Virus record (IMG/VR): IMGVR_UViG_3300042197_000642
Coordinates: 31,796-95,795 of that record
Source: a virus
Reading direction: 5' to 3' (one strand)
Length of the DNA: 64,000 nt
A program made the translations under genes and the position numbers. The number at the start of each line of letters is the position of its first letter. Within the stretch, counting starts at the first letter, position 1. This document shows positions 42,430-50,638 of this stretch, piece after piece. The notes under the pieces are model-generated. The model ran no database searches. It was not told the DNA's origin and saw only the letters and a program-made list of their open reading frames with translations.

Positions 42430-42709
42430 CGTAGCTTCCTTTATCTGGAGTCCATGCAGTTCTAGCCCGCAATGCCTTTTTCATTAATAAATCTATATCT
42501 TCATCTGTTAATAATTTAGGGTCTGCAACAGTTTTAAATAAAATACCTAAGTAAATGCTTTTGTTTGTGTAGGGCATTCTAAAGACAAGACATTTACCAC
42601 TTCTGTATGGCATTTCAGTTTCTTGGGTTGTGCCCTTTTCAATTATTGGTAAAAACTTCTTATGCCAGTATTTAAGAGTTCCGCCGTATAGTGATCCAAA
42701 TGTTACCAA
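42416..42709 (-). CDS. hypothetical protein
   Basis: Coupled ORF. Confidence 0.5.
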   Translation of the reverse strand: MVTFGSLYGGTLKYWHKKFLPIIEKGTTQETEMPYRSGKCLVFRMPYTNKSIYLGILFKTVADPKLLTDEDIDLLMKKALRARTAWTPDKGSYDESF

Positions 42710-42712
42710 GAG

Positions 42713-43300
42713 TTATTCCATCTCCTTAGAAAGGGTTTCCATAAACCCTTTAACTTTCTGTATTCTAGCGGATATTGTTGCTTGATGGTTTAACTGAACC
42801 CTATATGAGCGCTCCATGCTCTTAACCTCAGCAGGTCCCATGTCGTTCCATATGTCTAATCCAGAAGACTTTAGGTATTTACCGGTTGAATCGCTATTCT
42901 TTAGCCCATTCCACATATCCTCAGACACGCCTCGGTATTCCCACCAAGTGTTGTCTCTAAACACAACAGTTAGAGTTTTTGAGTCTCTTTCATATCCAAT
43001 AGATAAAGCCCTAGGGCGTTTAAAGTTACTGGTTGGAGCATCAAGGGCTTCTACATCTTTTGGTTGAATAACCTCGTAGTCACCAGAATCTCTTTCTGTA
43101 TTATCTTGTATTTCATTCCTAAAGCCATCTATATCGGCTTTAGTTGGTGGTGCAGAGTCTGCCATTGATACCTTGGTAGGCAGATCTGCTACGCGCTCGC
43201 TCATACGCATAGCTAAATTTAAAATACGGTTTTCGTTATCTAACCGTTGAGAGACCTTCTTTACAGAAGCTCTTTTGTTTTTATTATAATTCTTGGCCAC
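42713..43300 (-). CDS. KTSC-domain protein
   Basis: SIGYERDSKTLTVVFRDNTWWEYRGVSEDMWNGLKNSDSTGKYL. Confidence 0.8.
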   Translation of the reverse strand: MAKNYNKNKRASVKKVSQRLDNENRILNLAMRMSERVADLPTKVSMADSAPPTKADIDGFRNEIQDNTERDSGDYEVIQPKDVEALDAPTSNFKRPRALSIGYERDSKTLTVVFRDNTWWEYRGVSEDMWNGLKNSDSTGKYLKSSGLDIWNDMGPAEVKSMERSYRVQLNHQATISARIQKVKGFMETLSKEME

Positions 43301-43565
43301 TTGTGTCTCCGCAAGTATGATCTTTAGTTTGAGTACTTAATACCCTTTCAAGGCATGTCCCACAGACTAACACCCGTACTTCAGAGAAGTTATTTTGCGC
43401 AGTTGCCCCTTTAGGAAAGTTACTACCATCTTCTGAAAACTCTGGTTCGTAATCTGATACAGATCTAATTTCATCAAATAGTTCTTGAGGAAATGGGCCT
43501 TTAGGTTCTGTTGCTGTTGAAGGAACCGGGTGAGGCTGGATAGCCTTCACCCGGATAAGCTTCAT
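43284..43565 (-). CDS. hypothetical protein with C-terminal C2HC zinc-finger-like motif
   Basis: CGTC...HTC. Confidence 0.5.
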   Translation of the reverse strand: MKLIRVKAIQPHPVPSTATEPKGPFPQELFDEIRSVSDYEPEFSEDGSNFPKGATAQNNFSEVRVLVCGTCLERVLSTQTKDHTCGDTSGQEL

Positions 43566-43768
43566 TATTCTTCCTCTGCTACTTTAGTTTCCTCTTTTGG
43601 CTCTTTCTTTGCAGACTTCTTTGGTGTTGCTTCACGTAATGGGAAGTCACCCCGAGCAGCACGATCTCTTAGCCATGTAGGTAAACAAGTAGCACAGTAA
43701 TCAACTGGATTTACTCCAGGATCAGCGCATGTATAGTCCGCTTTATTTTTACAGTTAACACAGGTCAT
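43565..43768 (-). CDS. small zinc-finger protein
   Basis: CVNC...CATC. Confidence 0.55.
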   Translation of the reverse strand: MTCVNCKNKADYTCADPGVNPVDYCATCLPTWLRDRAARGDFPLREATPKKSAKKEPKEETKVAEEE

Positions 43769-43775
43769 TTAATTA

Positions 43776-44057
43776 TTATTTCTTTTTTGCTTTCTTTGCT
43801 GCTTCGGCAGATAATTTCTTTCCAGCCTCTTTAGCAACAGTTTCAGCAATTCTGCCAAATGCAGGATCTTTTTTATTTAACCAACGAAGCGCTGTTGGGA
43901 TAATGGATGCCCATAGAGCATTGGCTACTAGTAACCATTCTCCTGAACCAAATTCAAGTGGACTGGCAATTCCGCTTGTTTGAGTAACAATCATTACTGC
44001 ACCAATTACCTGACCAAGCAGGTTTCGTACATATGATTCTATTGCGGCTTTATTCAT
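43776..44057 (-). CDS. holin-like membrane protein
   Basis: Two hydrophobic helices, LRWLN.KDPAFG, basic C-terminus. Confidence 0.5.
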   Translation of the reverse strand: MNKAAIESYVRNLLGQVIGAVMIVTQTSGIASPLEFGSGEWLLVANALWASIIPTALRWLNKKDPAFGRIAETVAKEAGKKLSAEAAKKAKKK

Positions 44058-44077
44058 TGTTTCTCCTTAGAGTTGTA

Positions 44078-44293
44078 TTACTGAGAATATTCAGTCATAA
44101 CAGCAGGTGACTTAGGGGTATCTGTCATCTTTTTAGTTGCAGCACCCATAACATCCATACCTGCTTTAAAAGCCATTCCTTGTACAACGCGTTTGCCAAC
44201 TTTAGATCGAGCAGCACGAGTAGTAGTAGCTAGGAGGCGTGGTCCAACAACTCGGGCAGCGGCTCCAACTGCAGCAGCAATAGGAAAAGGCAT
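44078..44293 (-). CDS. small hypothetical protein
   Basis: ATG 6 nt after the CTGACA-N17-CACACT promoter (leaderless-type). Confidence 0.5.
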   Translation of the reverse strand: MPFPIAAAVGAAARVVGPRLLATTTRAARSKVGKRVVQGMAFKAGMDVMGAATKKMTDTPKSPAVMTEYSQ

Positions 44294-44299
44294 GGTTAT

Positions 44300-44328
44300 A
44301 GTGTGGCAAGGTCTGACTTAAATGTCAG
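44300..44328 (-). promoter_or_regulatory. putative late promoter CTGACA-N17-CACACT
   Basis: Recurring class. Confidence 0.5.
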
Positions 44329-44329
44329 C

Positions 44330-44620
44330 CTAATCTACCGATTCTTTAATATGTTGGTTGAAGCTGCCGCGTAATTCGGCTATATTTTCTTTAACTTCTG
44401 TAATGTCGACCCTTAACCAACCAATTTCTTTTTGTATCTGATTGATGGTGTCCTTGATACTAGAGCCTCCATTGGGCTTCAGCTCTGATAGCTCATTCTT
44501 TCGTATGTCGGCTATTTCTTTACGTAAGAACGCTCGGGCTATCCAACTTATAATCCCAAAAGCAATAACTAAAAGTCCTATAAGATAGGTAACAATCTGT
44601 AATGTCTCTGCAGTAAACAT
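44330..44620 (-). CDS. single-TM coiled-coil protein (lysis-associated type in actinophages)
   Basis: TM helix plus ELKPNGGSSIKD motif. Confidence 0.6.
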   Translation of the reverse strand: MFTAETLQIVTYLIGLLVIAFGIISWIARAFLRKEIADIRKNELSELKPNGGSSIKDTINQIQKEIGWLRVDITEVKENIAELRGSFNQHIKESVD

Positions 44621-44807
44621 TTAGTCTCCATTAAGTGTTTAATTCGTATATTAGTATTTGTTTTCCGTATATGAGACACGAATCTATAAAGTATACGCTT
44701 AATTCAATGTTTTATGTCAGGTTAAACTAAATTAATTGTAATTGAACTTGACACATAGTGTATCTCTAGTGTTGTCTAGTATATGCACCAACTGAAAAGG
44801 AGCAGAA

Positions 44808-45386
44808 ATGCTAAATATCAGAAGGAGGTTTTCTATTATGGTGGTTGCAGCAATATTTGCTGGGCATTGCACACCAGCCATTGGGCTGGAAGCACCTATC
44901 GTAGAGAAAACCCAAGGCGAAATCGCCAAGAATCCTTTAGAGCTATACGCTCTTAAGAAAAAGCTAAATGACGATGAGTTAATTGGCTTACTGCAAGAAG
45001 TTGGGTTTAAGGGAAAGTCCCTTAAAATGGCTTATGCAGTTGCAAAAAAGGAGTCCAACGGACGCCCCAAAGCGCATAATGATAATGTAAAAACTGGAGA
45101 CAACTCCTATGGTATATTTCAAATTAATATGCTTGGAGAACTTGGAGAACAACGTAGAAAAAAGTATGGTTTGTCCAGCAACCGTGATTTATTTAACCCT
45201 GTCACTAATGCACAAATTGCTTACCACATGAGTAATAAAGGTAAAGTTTGGACTGCATGGAAAGTGGCATATGGAAAAAACAATGGACCTCGGTTTGAGA
45301 TGTTCTATAAGAACATCCTTACAGACGTTTGTATTGCACCGCTAACCCCGCTTAAATCGGAGAATCGAAAGGATAACTTAACTTAA
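44808..45386 (+). CDS. secreted lysozyme-like lytic transglycosylase
   Basis: N-terminal signal peptide; KES catalytic Glu; SYGIFQINM; AAGGAG RBS. Confidence 0.85.
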   Translation: MLNIRRRFSIMVVAAIFAGHCTPAIGLEAPIVEKTQGEIAKNPLELYALKKKLNDDELIGLLQEVGFKGKSLKMAYAVAKKESNGRPKAHNDNVKTGDNSYGIFQINMLGELGEQRRKKYGLSSNRDLFNPVTNAQIAYHMSNKGKVWTAWKVAYGKNNGPRFEMFYKNILTDVCIAPLTPLKSENRKDNLT

Positions 45387-45673
45387 TGAAGACTATAGCC
45401 CCGTATTTTGATGGAACTCAGTTGTGTGCCCAGACAGATCCGGAGCTCTTCTTCCCCTCTAGTCCTGTATTGACAGTTAAACATAAGCGTTTAACTAAAC
45501 CAATATGCGATGCCTGCCACTTTAAGTCAGAGTGTTTAGATTACGCTGTGACAACTAATGTGTCTGGTATTTGGGCTAATACGAGCGATAACGATAGGCG
45601 ATTAATACGTAGGAAGCGTGGCTTGCCTGCACCGTCAACCGTTGGTTCACTAATAACTAAACTAGTGAGCTAA
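45386..45673 (+). CDS. whiB: WhiB-family transcription factor
   Basis: CAQTDPELFF...CDAC...CLDYA...GIWANTSDNDRR: four Cys plus a GIW turn. Confidence 0.9.
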   Translation: MKTIAPYFDGTQLCAQTDPELFFPSSPVLTVKHKRLTKPICDACHFKSECLDYAVTTNVSGIWANTSDNDRRLIRRKRGLPAPSTVGSLITKLVS

Positions 45674-45687
45674 GCTTTTATAAATGC

Positions 45688-45715
45688 CAAAGGCCGGGAG
45701 CAATCCCGGCCTTTG
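45688..45715. terminator. bidirectional intrinsic terminator
   Basis: CAAAGGCCGGGA-GCAA-TCCCGGCCTTTG between convergent genes. Confidence 0.8.
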
Positions 45716-45732
45716 TGCTTTTTGAGTGTGAC

Positions 45733-46461
45733 TTAAGAAGCGAAGTAAGGTGCAATTGTAATTGTTGCAGTTGAAGCAACTGAACCTGCTCCTGCTGCTG
45801 TTGACTGAGTTTTAATAGTTCCAGCCTTAGCCATAACCTTTGCTGTACCTGTATCTGCGGTAGACGCAATATTATCATTGGTCTTAGCAAATGTGAAGGT
45901 GTTAGTTGCAGCTCCTGTAATAGTGTATGTACCGTTTAGTACTGTAGTAGTTAAGCCAGCAATAACAACTGATTGACCTGTGGCATAGCCATGTGCATTA
46001 GCTGTAATTGTTGCAACGTTGTCAGTTAGAGCTACGTTGCTAATTGCTGGGGTTACTGCTGAAGATGTAGTAATGTTAGCTGTTTCGTAACCAGCGTCAC
46101 GAAGAGCATCAAGTGCCAAAGCTGTGGTTAGTCCAATAACGTTTGGTACGTTGATATAAGCAACACCTGAGATGTAAGCGCCATCTCCTGAAGCATTGGC
46201 TGGGAATCCAGCATAAGCAGCCTCAGCTACTGCGTGGTTTGAAAGTGTTGGGTTCAAGCGTGAGCTTGGGTATACAGTGTATCCGCCCCATCCGTAGTTC
46301 TGTGAAGCGTTTGCCGCTACAGCTACAGTTGAAGGTGCGGTTGTGTAATCTGCCGTTGTTGTACGTTCGTCGTTTGGTTGCATTGGGAAGTTGCCCCATA
46401 CAAAGTCAACGAATACGTTACCAGCGGTATCAAGAAGATTACCGTTGTTATTTGTTGCCAT
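45733..46461 (-). CDS. virion-type protein with a split PASTA domain
   Basis: VPNVIGLTTALALDALRDAGY...[~70 aa insert]...AGTIKTQSTAAG. Confidence 0.65.
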   Translation of the reverse strand: MATNNNGNLLDTAGNVFVDFVWGNFPMQPNDERTTTADYTTAPSTVAVAANASQNYGWGGYTVYPSSRLNPTLSNHAVAEAAYAGFPANASGDGAYISGVAYINVPNVIGLTTALALDALRDAGYETANITTSSAVTPAISNVALTDNVATITANAHGYATGQSVVIAGLTTTVLNGTYTITGAATNTFTFAKTNDNIASTADTGTAKVMAKAGTIKTQSTAAGAGSVASTATITIAPYFAS

Positions 46462-46511
46462 TATTTACCTTTTCTCTAGAGTGGGTATGCGCCTGATCGG
46501 GGCGCCCTACT

Positions 46512-46540
46512 AGTATCTAAGAGGATTTGAGGTATGTCAG
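46512..46540 (-). promoter_or_regulatory. putative late promoter CTGACA-N17-GATACT
   Basis: Recurring class. Confidence 0.5.
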
Positions 46541-46698
46541 CGCTTATTAAAGGGTTTAAACAGCCTTTTTACAAAGTCTTTAATAGAGTGCCACTTGGCT
46601 TCTATTTTTCTTTCTAGTTCAGCTTCATGAGTTTCTTCATAGTGATCTGACCCAAAGTAAGGACCACTCATTTGTTTATAGTGGTGGTGAGGAGACAT
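46537..46698 (-). CDS. small His-rich peptide containing GPYFG (53 aa)
   Basis: MSPHHHYKQMSGPYFGSDHYEETHEAELERKIEAKWHSIKDFVKRLFKPFNKR*; starts 3 nt after the upstream stop; not in track. Confidence 0.55.
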   Translation of the reverse strand: MSPHHHYKQMSGPYFGSDHYEETHEAELERKIEAKWHSIKDFVKRLFKPFNKR

Positions 46699-46701
46699 AA
46701 T

Positions 46702-47445
46702 TTAATTATAATTCTTTTTGACCCATTTTAACTTTTTATAAGCTCCATAAAATGGAAAATCTTTAGGTCTATATGTAGCGTTGTTCATAGAACGCCTAAC
46801 ATGTTGCTGATGAGGCGTAGGCATCTCAAACTCACTAAACCAATTTACCCTTTGTATTGGAATAACTTGAATAAAAGGAGTTCCTTTAGGAACAATTCCG
46901 CTATAACCTTTCTTTACAAAAAAAGGCATACGACCACTAATAGTTGCTACATCTGAATCTATAATTCCAGATGGTGTGTAGTAAGGTAGCTCAAACCGAT
47001 TCATTGGTTGAGTTACTAGCAAACTCCATCCAGGAGGAGCTTCCATACCCCAAATAGTTTGCCAATGAAAGTGGTTTTCCCAGTAGCCTTCTGGAACGTG
47101 AAATCCCGCCATCTTTTCTCTTATTTGTAAAAAAGGTTTATAAGCCTCTTCTGAAACAATAATAGTACAACCTTTTTTAGTAGATATAATTTCTATATCG
47201 CATGGAAGCGGAAATAAATAACCTGAGGTCATGGCATCAAAAAAAGGTATACATGATTTAAACCCGATTGGTATTGTATGACCCTGCTCATGAATTTTAA
47301 CAAGATCTTCATTTTTTACTTTATGGGTAAAGAAGTCTGCTTCTCTGTACCATTGAGGCATTGAACTAGCCGCGGGTACTGGTTTTGAAGAGTCGTCAGT
47401 TAAACATATTTCTTGATCAGCGATGAACTTTATAGTTACATCCAT
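46702..47445 (-). CDS. conserved phage protein (DUF6065-like; uncertain) adjacent to a 2OG oxygenase
   Basis: PVPA...PQWY, KSCIPFFDAMTSGY, PPGWSLLVTQPMN, SGIIDSD, KGTPFIQVIP. Confidence 0.55.
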   Translation of the reverse strand: MDVTIKFIADQEICLTDDSSKPVPAASSMPQWYREADFFTHKVKNEDLVKIHEQGHTIPIGFKSCIPFFDAMTSGYLFPLPCDIEIISTKKGCTIIVSEEAYKPFLQIREKMAGFHVPEGYWENHFHWQTIWGMEAPPGWSLLVTQPMNRFELPYYTPSGIIDSDVATISGRMPFFVKKGYSGIVPKGTPFIQVIPIQRVNWFSEFEMPTPHQQHVRRSMNNATYRPKDFPFYGAYKKLKWVKKNYN

Positions 47446-47448
47446 TTT

Positions 47449-48084
47449 TTAATAATCTTTTCTTCTAATATTCTTTTCGTGGTACCTATCGGTGTAATCA
47501 AACATTGTTACGGCAGAATACTTAATGCCACCAGATACCGGCATAGCCCTATGGCGATATATGTAGTTTGATGGGAATAAGAAATGGTCTCCTCTTTTAG
47601 GTTTTACCGTTAGATCAAACTCTTCAAACCAAAGTTCTCCACCCTCATAATCATCGTTTAAGTACAAAACAGATGAAAGAGTACATGTAAATGTAGGACC
47701 ATGATCTGGATGAGTATTAAAGAACTCACCTTCCCCATATCTAACAAAGTTTATAACTTGTTGCCACTCACATCGTAACTTGTGAATCGGCTCGTAATGG
47801 TTTTTGCACTCATGAAGAATAGAGTTAACTGGGTTCCAAATAGCTGCTAAGTCTTTGTTTTTTGAGTTTATAGGCCAGCAGTCTAATTTACCTATTTTAA
47901 AATCTACACATTTTCTGTGTTGTATAAGCTCTTCTGCATCACCAACTCTTGCTCTATTCCATTTACGAAAGGGTGTACTTCCATCTAAAGACGACTCAAG
48001 CATACTTGGAATATCTAAGTCTGCAGGAATAGTGTTTTTATACAAGTATATTCCTACTGCTAGTTTTTCAAATTCGTAATTCAT
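47449..48084 (-). CDS. 2OG-Fe(II) oxygenase, prolyl-4-hydroxylase-like
   Basis: HPD, YLNDDYEGGEL.F, FPSNYIYRH, K at the 2OG-binding position. Confidence 0.85.
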   Translation of the reverse strand: MNYEFEKLAVGIYLYKNTIPADLDIPSMLESSLDGSTPFRKWNRARVGDAEELIQHRKCVDFKIGKLDCWPINSKNKDLAAIWNPVNSILHECKNHYEPIHKLRCEWQQVINFVRYGEGEFFNTHPDHGPTFTCTLSSVLYLNDDYEGGELWFEEFDLTVKPKRGDHFLFPSNYIYRHRAMPVSGGIKYSAVTMFDYTDRYHEKNIRRKDY

Positions 48085-48123
48085 GTTCTGCTCCCAATTG
48101 TGTTAGTAGTTGTTTCCCTCTAC

Positions 48124-49269
48124 TTACTTGTTATGTGACAATAAGTTTTCAGTAAAGTAAACGTCGTACGGTTCAACAGAAATATCATACACGGTTACCC
48201 CATCTTTTTCAAAAGTACGAAGAGTATCTTCCACAGGTACAAAGGTAGGAATACCATCTAAATGAGGCTCAATGTTGTCTGTATTGGCCTTTAGAGCTAA
48301 TACTTCGTCATTAGTAGTTATAAATTGAGCTTGAACAAACTCATATTCATTGTTCCTTTTTACTAACACTAAATGTTCAGGCGTGTAAAACACACCGTTT
48401 ATTCTTAATAACTCATAAGCTTTAAAGTTACGTATATTAGTAATATTAGTTTCTTTTATACCTTTTATAGTAAAAGTACTACTTAACCAATAATGAACAT
48501 TAATTTTATCCTCATCAAGATCAATTTCTTCAACATCAATAGATATTAACTTATCTGCTATTGTCAAGTCTTGAGCAGCTTTAGCTGGACCATTTGAAGT
48601 AAATACTTTTGTAGTACCAAGCATGCAAACGATTCCACCGGGACCAAAGTATGGTCCAAAAGATGGAGGTGGAACATAGAAGTCACCAAACGAAGGACCA
48701 AACGATGGTCCAACTGGAGGAGGAGGTGGGGGAGGTGTGTACCCAGGAGATGCTCCAGAGAATGAAGGACCAGGATTGTTTGCATCAGGCGCAAAGTAAG
48801 GTGGAACGTATGGACCAACGCCGAAGTAAGGACCAGGAGGTGGGTTGCTTCCATCAAAGTAAGGTTCAATAAATTGAAAAAATGGACCAAACGAAGGGCC
48901 AAATGAAGGACCGAAGGAAGGACCTGCAGCTTGATACGTAATAGTGTTTAGTTGAATGTTTTGAGTTGGATGTACTAAGTCATCTGCTTGTGGTGTTGTA
49001 GAGGCAACATACCCGCCAGAAAACGATTGGTAGGTTGTGTCATTAGATGTAGTATTTGATTTTGTTACAGTAAACCCTAAACCAGTTAACGTAGCCGCAG
49101 CGGTGTCATAAGCTTGACCAACTACATTTGGTACTCTTTTTGCAGCAAGTCTCCAAGTACCGTCTTGTTTTACCCATAAAGCATCAACGGTTCGCCAAGT
49201 GTTCCCAACTTTGGTATAGACTTTAGCTACAGTTCGCCAAATATTGGAGATCCGATAGATTATAGACAT
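48124..49269 (-). CDS. fibre-tip protein: W-repeat N-terminus, PASTA domain, Pro-x-Phe repeats, C-terminal Hint domain
   Basis: VPNVVG PASTA; 12 P-[S/Y/F]-F motifs; Hint block A CMLGTTKV (Cys215), block B TPEH, blocks F/G VYDISV...LLSHN then K-stop. Confidence 0.8.
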   Translation of the reverse strand: MSIIYRISNIWRTVAKVYTKVGNTWRTVDALWVKQDGTWRLAAKRVPNVVGQAYDTAAATLTGLGFTVTKSNTTSNDTTYQSFSGGYVASTTPQADDLVHPTQNIQLNTITYQAAGPSFGPSFGPSFGPFFQFIEPYFDGSNPPPGPYFGVGPYVPPYFAPDANNPGPSFSGASPGYTPPPPPPPVGPSFGPSFGDFYVPPPSFGPYFGPGGIVCMLGTTKVFTSNGPAKAAQDLTIADKLISIDVEEIDLDEDKINVHYWLSSTFTIKGIKETNITNIRNFKAYELLRINGVFYTPEHLVLVKRNNEYEFVQAQFITTNDEVLALKANTDNIEPHLDGIPTFVPVEDTLRTFEKDGVTVYDISVEPYDVYFTENLLSHNK

Positions 49270-49284
49270 TAAATCTCCTAAAGG

Positions 49285-49413
49285 TTATACGTATTTAATC
49301 CAGATATCGCCATCTATGCCGTTAGCTGATTGTGGATCAGTAGTTGCGGTTAATATATTAGTTCGTCCTTGGTTGTTTACTCCAAAGATAATTGGACCAG
49401 TTACTTCAGTCAT
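49285..49413 (-). CDS. mini fibre protein (42 aa) ending GIDGDIWIKYV
   Basis: TAATG-coupled to the upstream gene; GDIW fibre motif; not in track. Confidence 0.6.
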   Translation of the reverse strand: MTEVTGPIIFGVNNQGRTNILTATTDPQSANGIDGDIWIKYV

Positions 49414-49745
49414 TAAGCTACCTCGACTCCTGAAACAAGAATATTTAACACAGCCGATGTTCCGGCTTTAGCAACAATAAAGTCTCCTGCTTCTAAAACT
49501 TGACTACATTTAAAAGTAAGAGTTGAATAACCAGCAATAGTAATTTGGCAAAGTATTTCGTTGGTTTGCGCCACACTCGCTCCGGAAGGAACAAGGTTTA
49601 CAGTTACTGTAGCAGCGGTGTTACTAGTATTACTAACTAGTATTTCTTTAATTACAGTTTTAACACCACTAGAGGTATAAAGTGTTGAATTTGTGGTTGC
49701 AAGCTGAGTGATGGACCCTAGTCGTCTAGGTGTGTAGGTTGCCAT
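49413..49745 (-). CDS. fibre adaptor-type small beta protein
   Basis: LYT...VIKEILVSN...VLEAGDFI...SGVEVA; GAAAGGA RBS. Confidence 0.6.
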   Translation of the reverse strand: MATYTPRRLGSITQLATTNSTLYTSSGVKTVIKEILVSNTSNTAATVTVNLVPSGASVAQTNEILCQITIAGYSTLTFKCSQVLEAGDFIVAKAGTSAVLNILVSGVEVA

Positions 49746-49784
49746 TTATTTCCTTTCTAACTGCCTTATAGTACCGTATAAAAG

Positions 49785-49943
49785 CTAATTATAGCCGTGC
49801 CAACCACGCCCAGGGTTCATATAGGAGTTAACGCTTGGGCGCTCCTCCTTGTTTATATATAAACGGCGCATCCCAAACCTAGAGTCTTTTATATTAATTA
49901 GTTTGTGTTGGGTAAGCCCTTTAAACTCTTTTAACCTACTCAA
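49785..49943 (-). CDS. small basic hypothetical protein (52 aa)
   Basis: TTG start overlapping the upstream TGA; SRLKEFKGLTQHKLINIKDSRFGMRR... Confidence 0.4.
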   Translation of the reverse strand: MSRLKEFKGLTQHKLINIKDSRFGMRRLYINKEERPSVNSYMNPGRGWHGYN

Positions 49944-50143
49944 ATGCTCCACCTGTTCCATTGAGCTGTGTCTGACTTTACCCCAACAACGGCGCCTTTA
50001 GCCCGAGTTAGGGCATCACGAAACTGTCTAGGATTCATTTTCTTTTCTTGAGCACGCATTTGTGCTAAAGATTGAGTAGCGTAGTCCTCTTTAGGACTTA
50101 GGCTTCTTTTGAGTTGACGCTTGTTGCCAGGTCTTTTTGCCAC
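49940..50143 (-). CDS. small basic protein
   Basis: ORF track; contains NPRQF. Confidence 0.5.
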   Translation of the reverse strand: MAKRPGNKRQLKRSLSPKEDYATQSLAQMRAQEKKMNPRQFRDALTRAKGAVVGVKSDTAQWNRWSI

Positions 50144-50597
50144 TACCTTCAGCCTTCTGTTTAGGTTCTTTAGGCTCTGAATACTTTACAGCCCCTAAAG
50201 TTGTTTTTATTTCGCTGATACCTTGACCTTTTAAAGATCCAGCAGAGTTAACCATTGCTTCATGAGATTTAATGTTAGAGCGCAGCTTAGTACGTTCGGA
50301 ATGAGAAGTTTCTTTTCTTTTTAGTTTAGAAGCGTGTTCAGCTCCTTTTTGTCTTCTGCCTTCTTTAAGCTCTTCCATTTTGTTAGAAACCCAAGCTGAA
50401 TGAAGCTCACTTTGTTGATGGTGCTCGTGCTCAGCTCTCATAAGATTTAACTTATTTTGGTAGTCTTGCTCAGACATGCCTGAACCACCTAATGTCTTTT
50501 TTGCTAAAGCACCTAAAGCTACGGCTGCTACTTTTCTGCGCATGCTTCCGCCTCCACCGGTGTGTTTAGCTTTACTGATATGTTCCCAAGTAGGCAT
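50091..50597 (-). CDS. basic hypothetical protein
   Basis: ORF track. Confidence 0.5.
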   Translation of the reverse strand: MPTWEHISKAKHTGGGGSMRRKVAAVALGALAKKTLGGSGMSEQDYQNKLNLMRAEHEHHQQSELHSAWVSNKMEELKEGRRQKGAEHASKLKRKETSHSERTKLRSNIKSHEAMVNSAGSLKGQGISEIKTTLGAVKYSEPKEPKQKAEGSGKKTWQQASTQKKPKS

Positions 50598-50638
50598 AGA
50601 TTAATTCTCTAACAATAACGGGGTTTAGTCCGTCTATT

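Noticed and set aside
44620-44808. c-di-AMP (ydaO) riboswitch before the cell-wall hydrolase
   Set aside because: The intergenic region is AT-rich and short, with none of the recognisable conserved elements.
48124-48627. Classical self-splicing intein or homing element
   Set aside because: It has no endonuclease domain and no C-extein beyond one Lys, so it is treated as a Hint autoprocessing domain.
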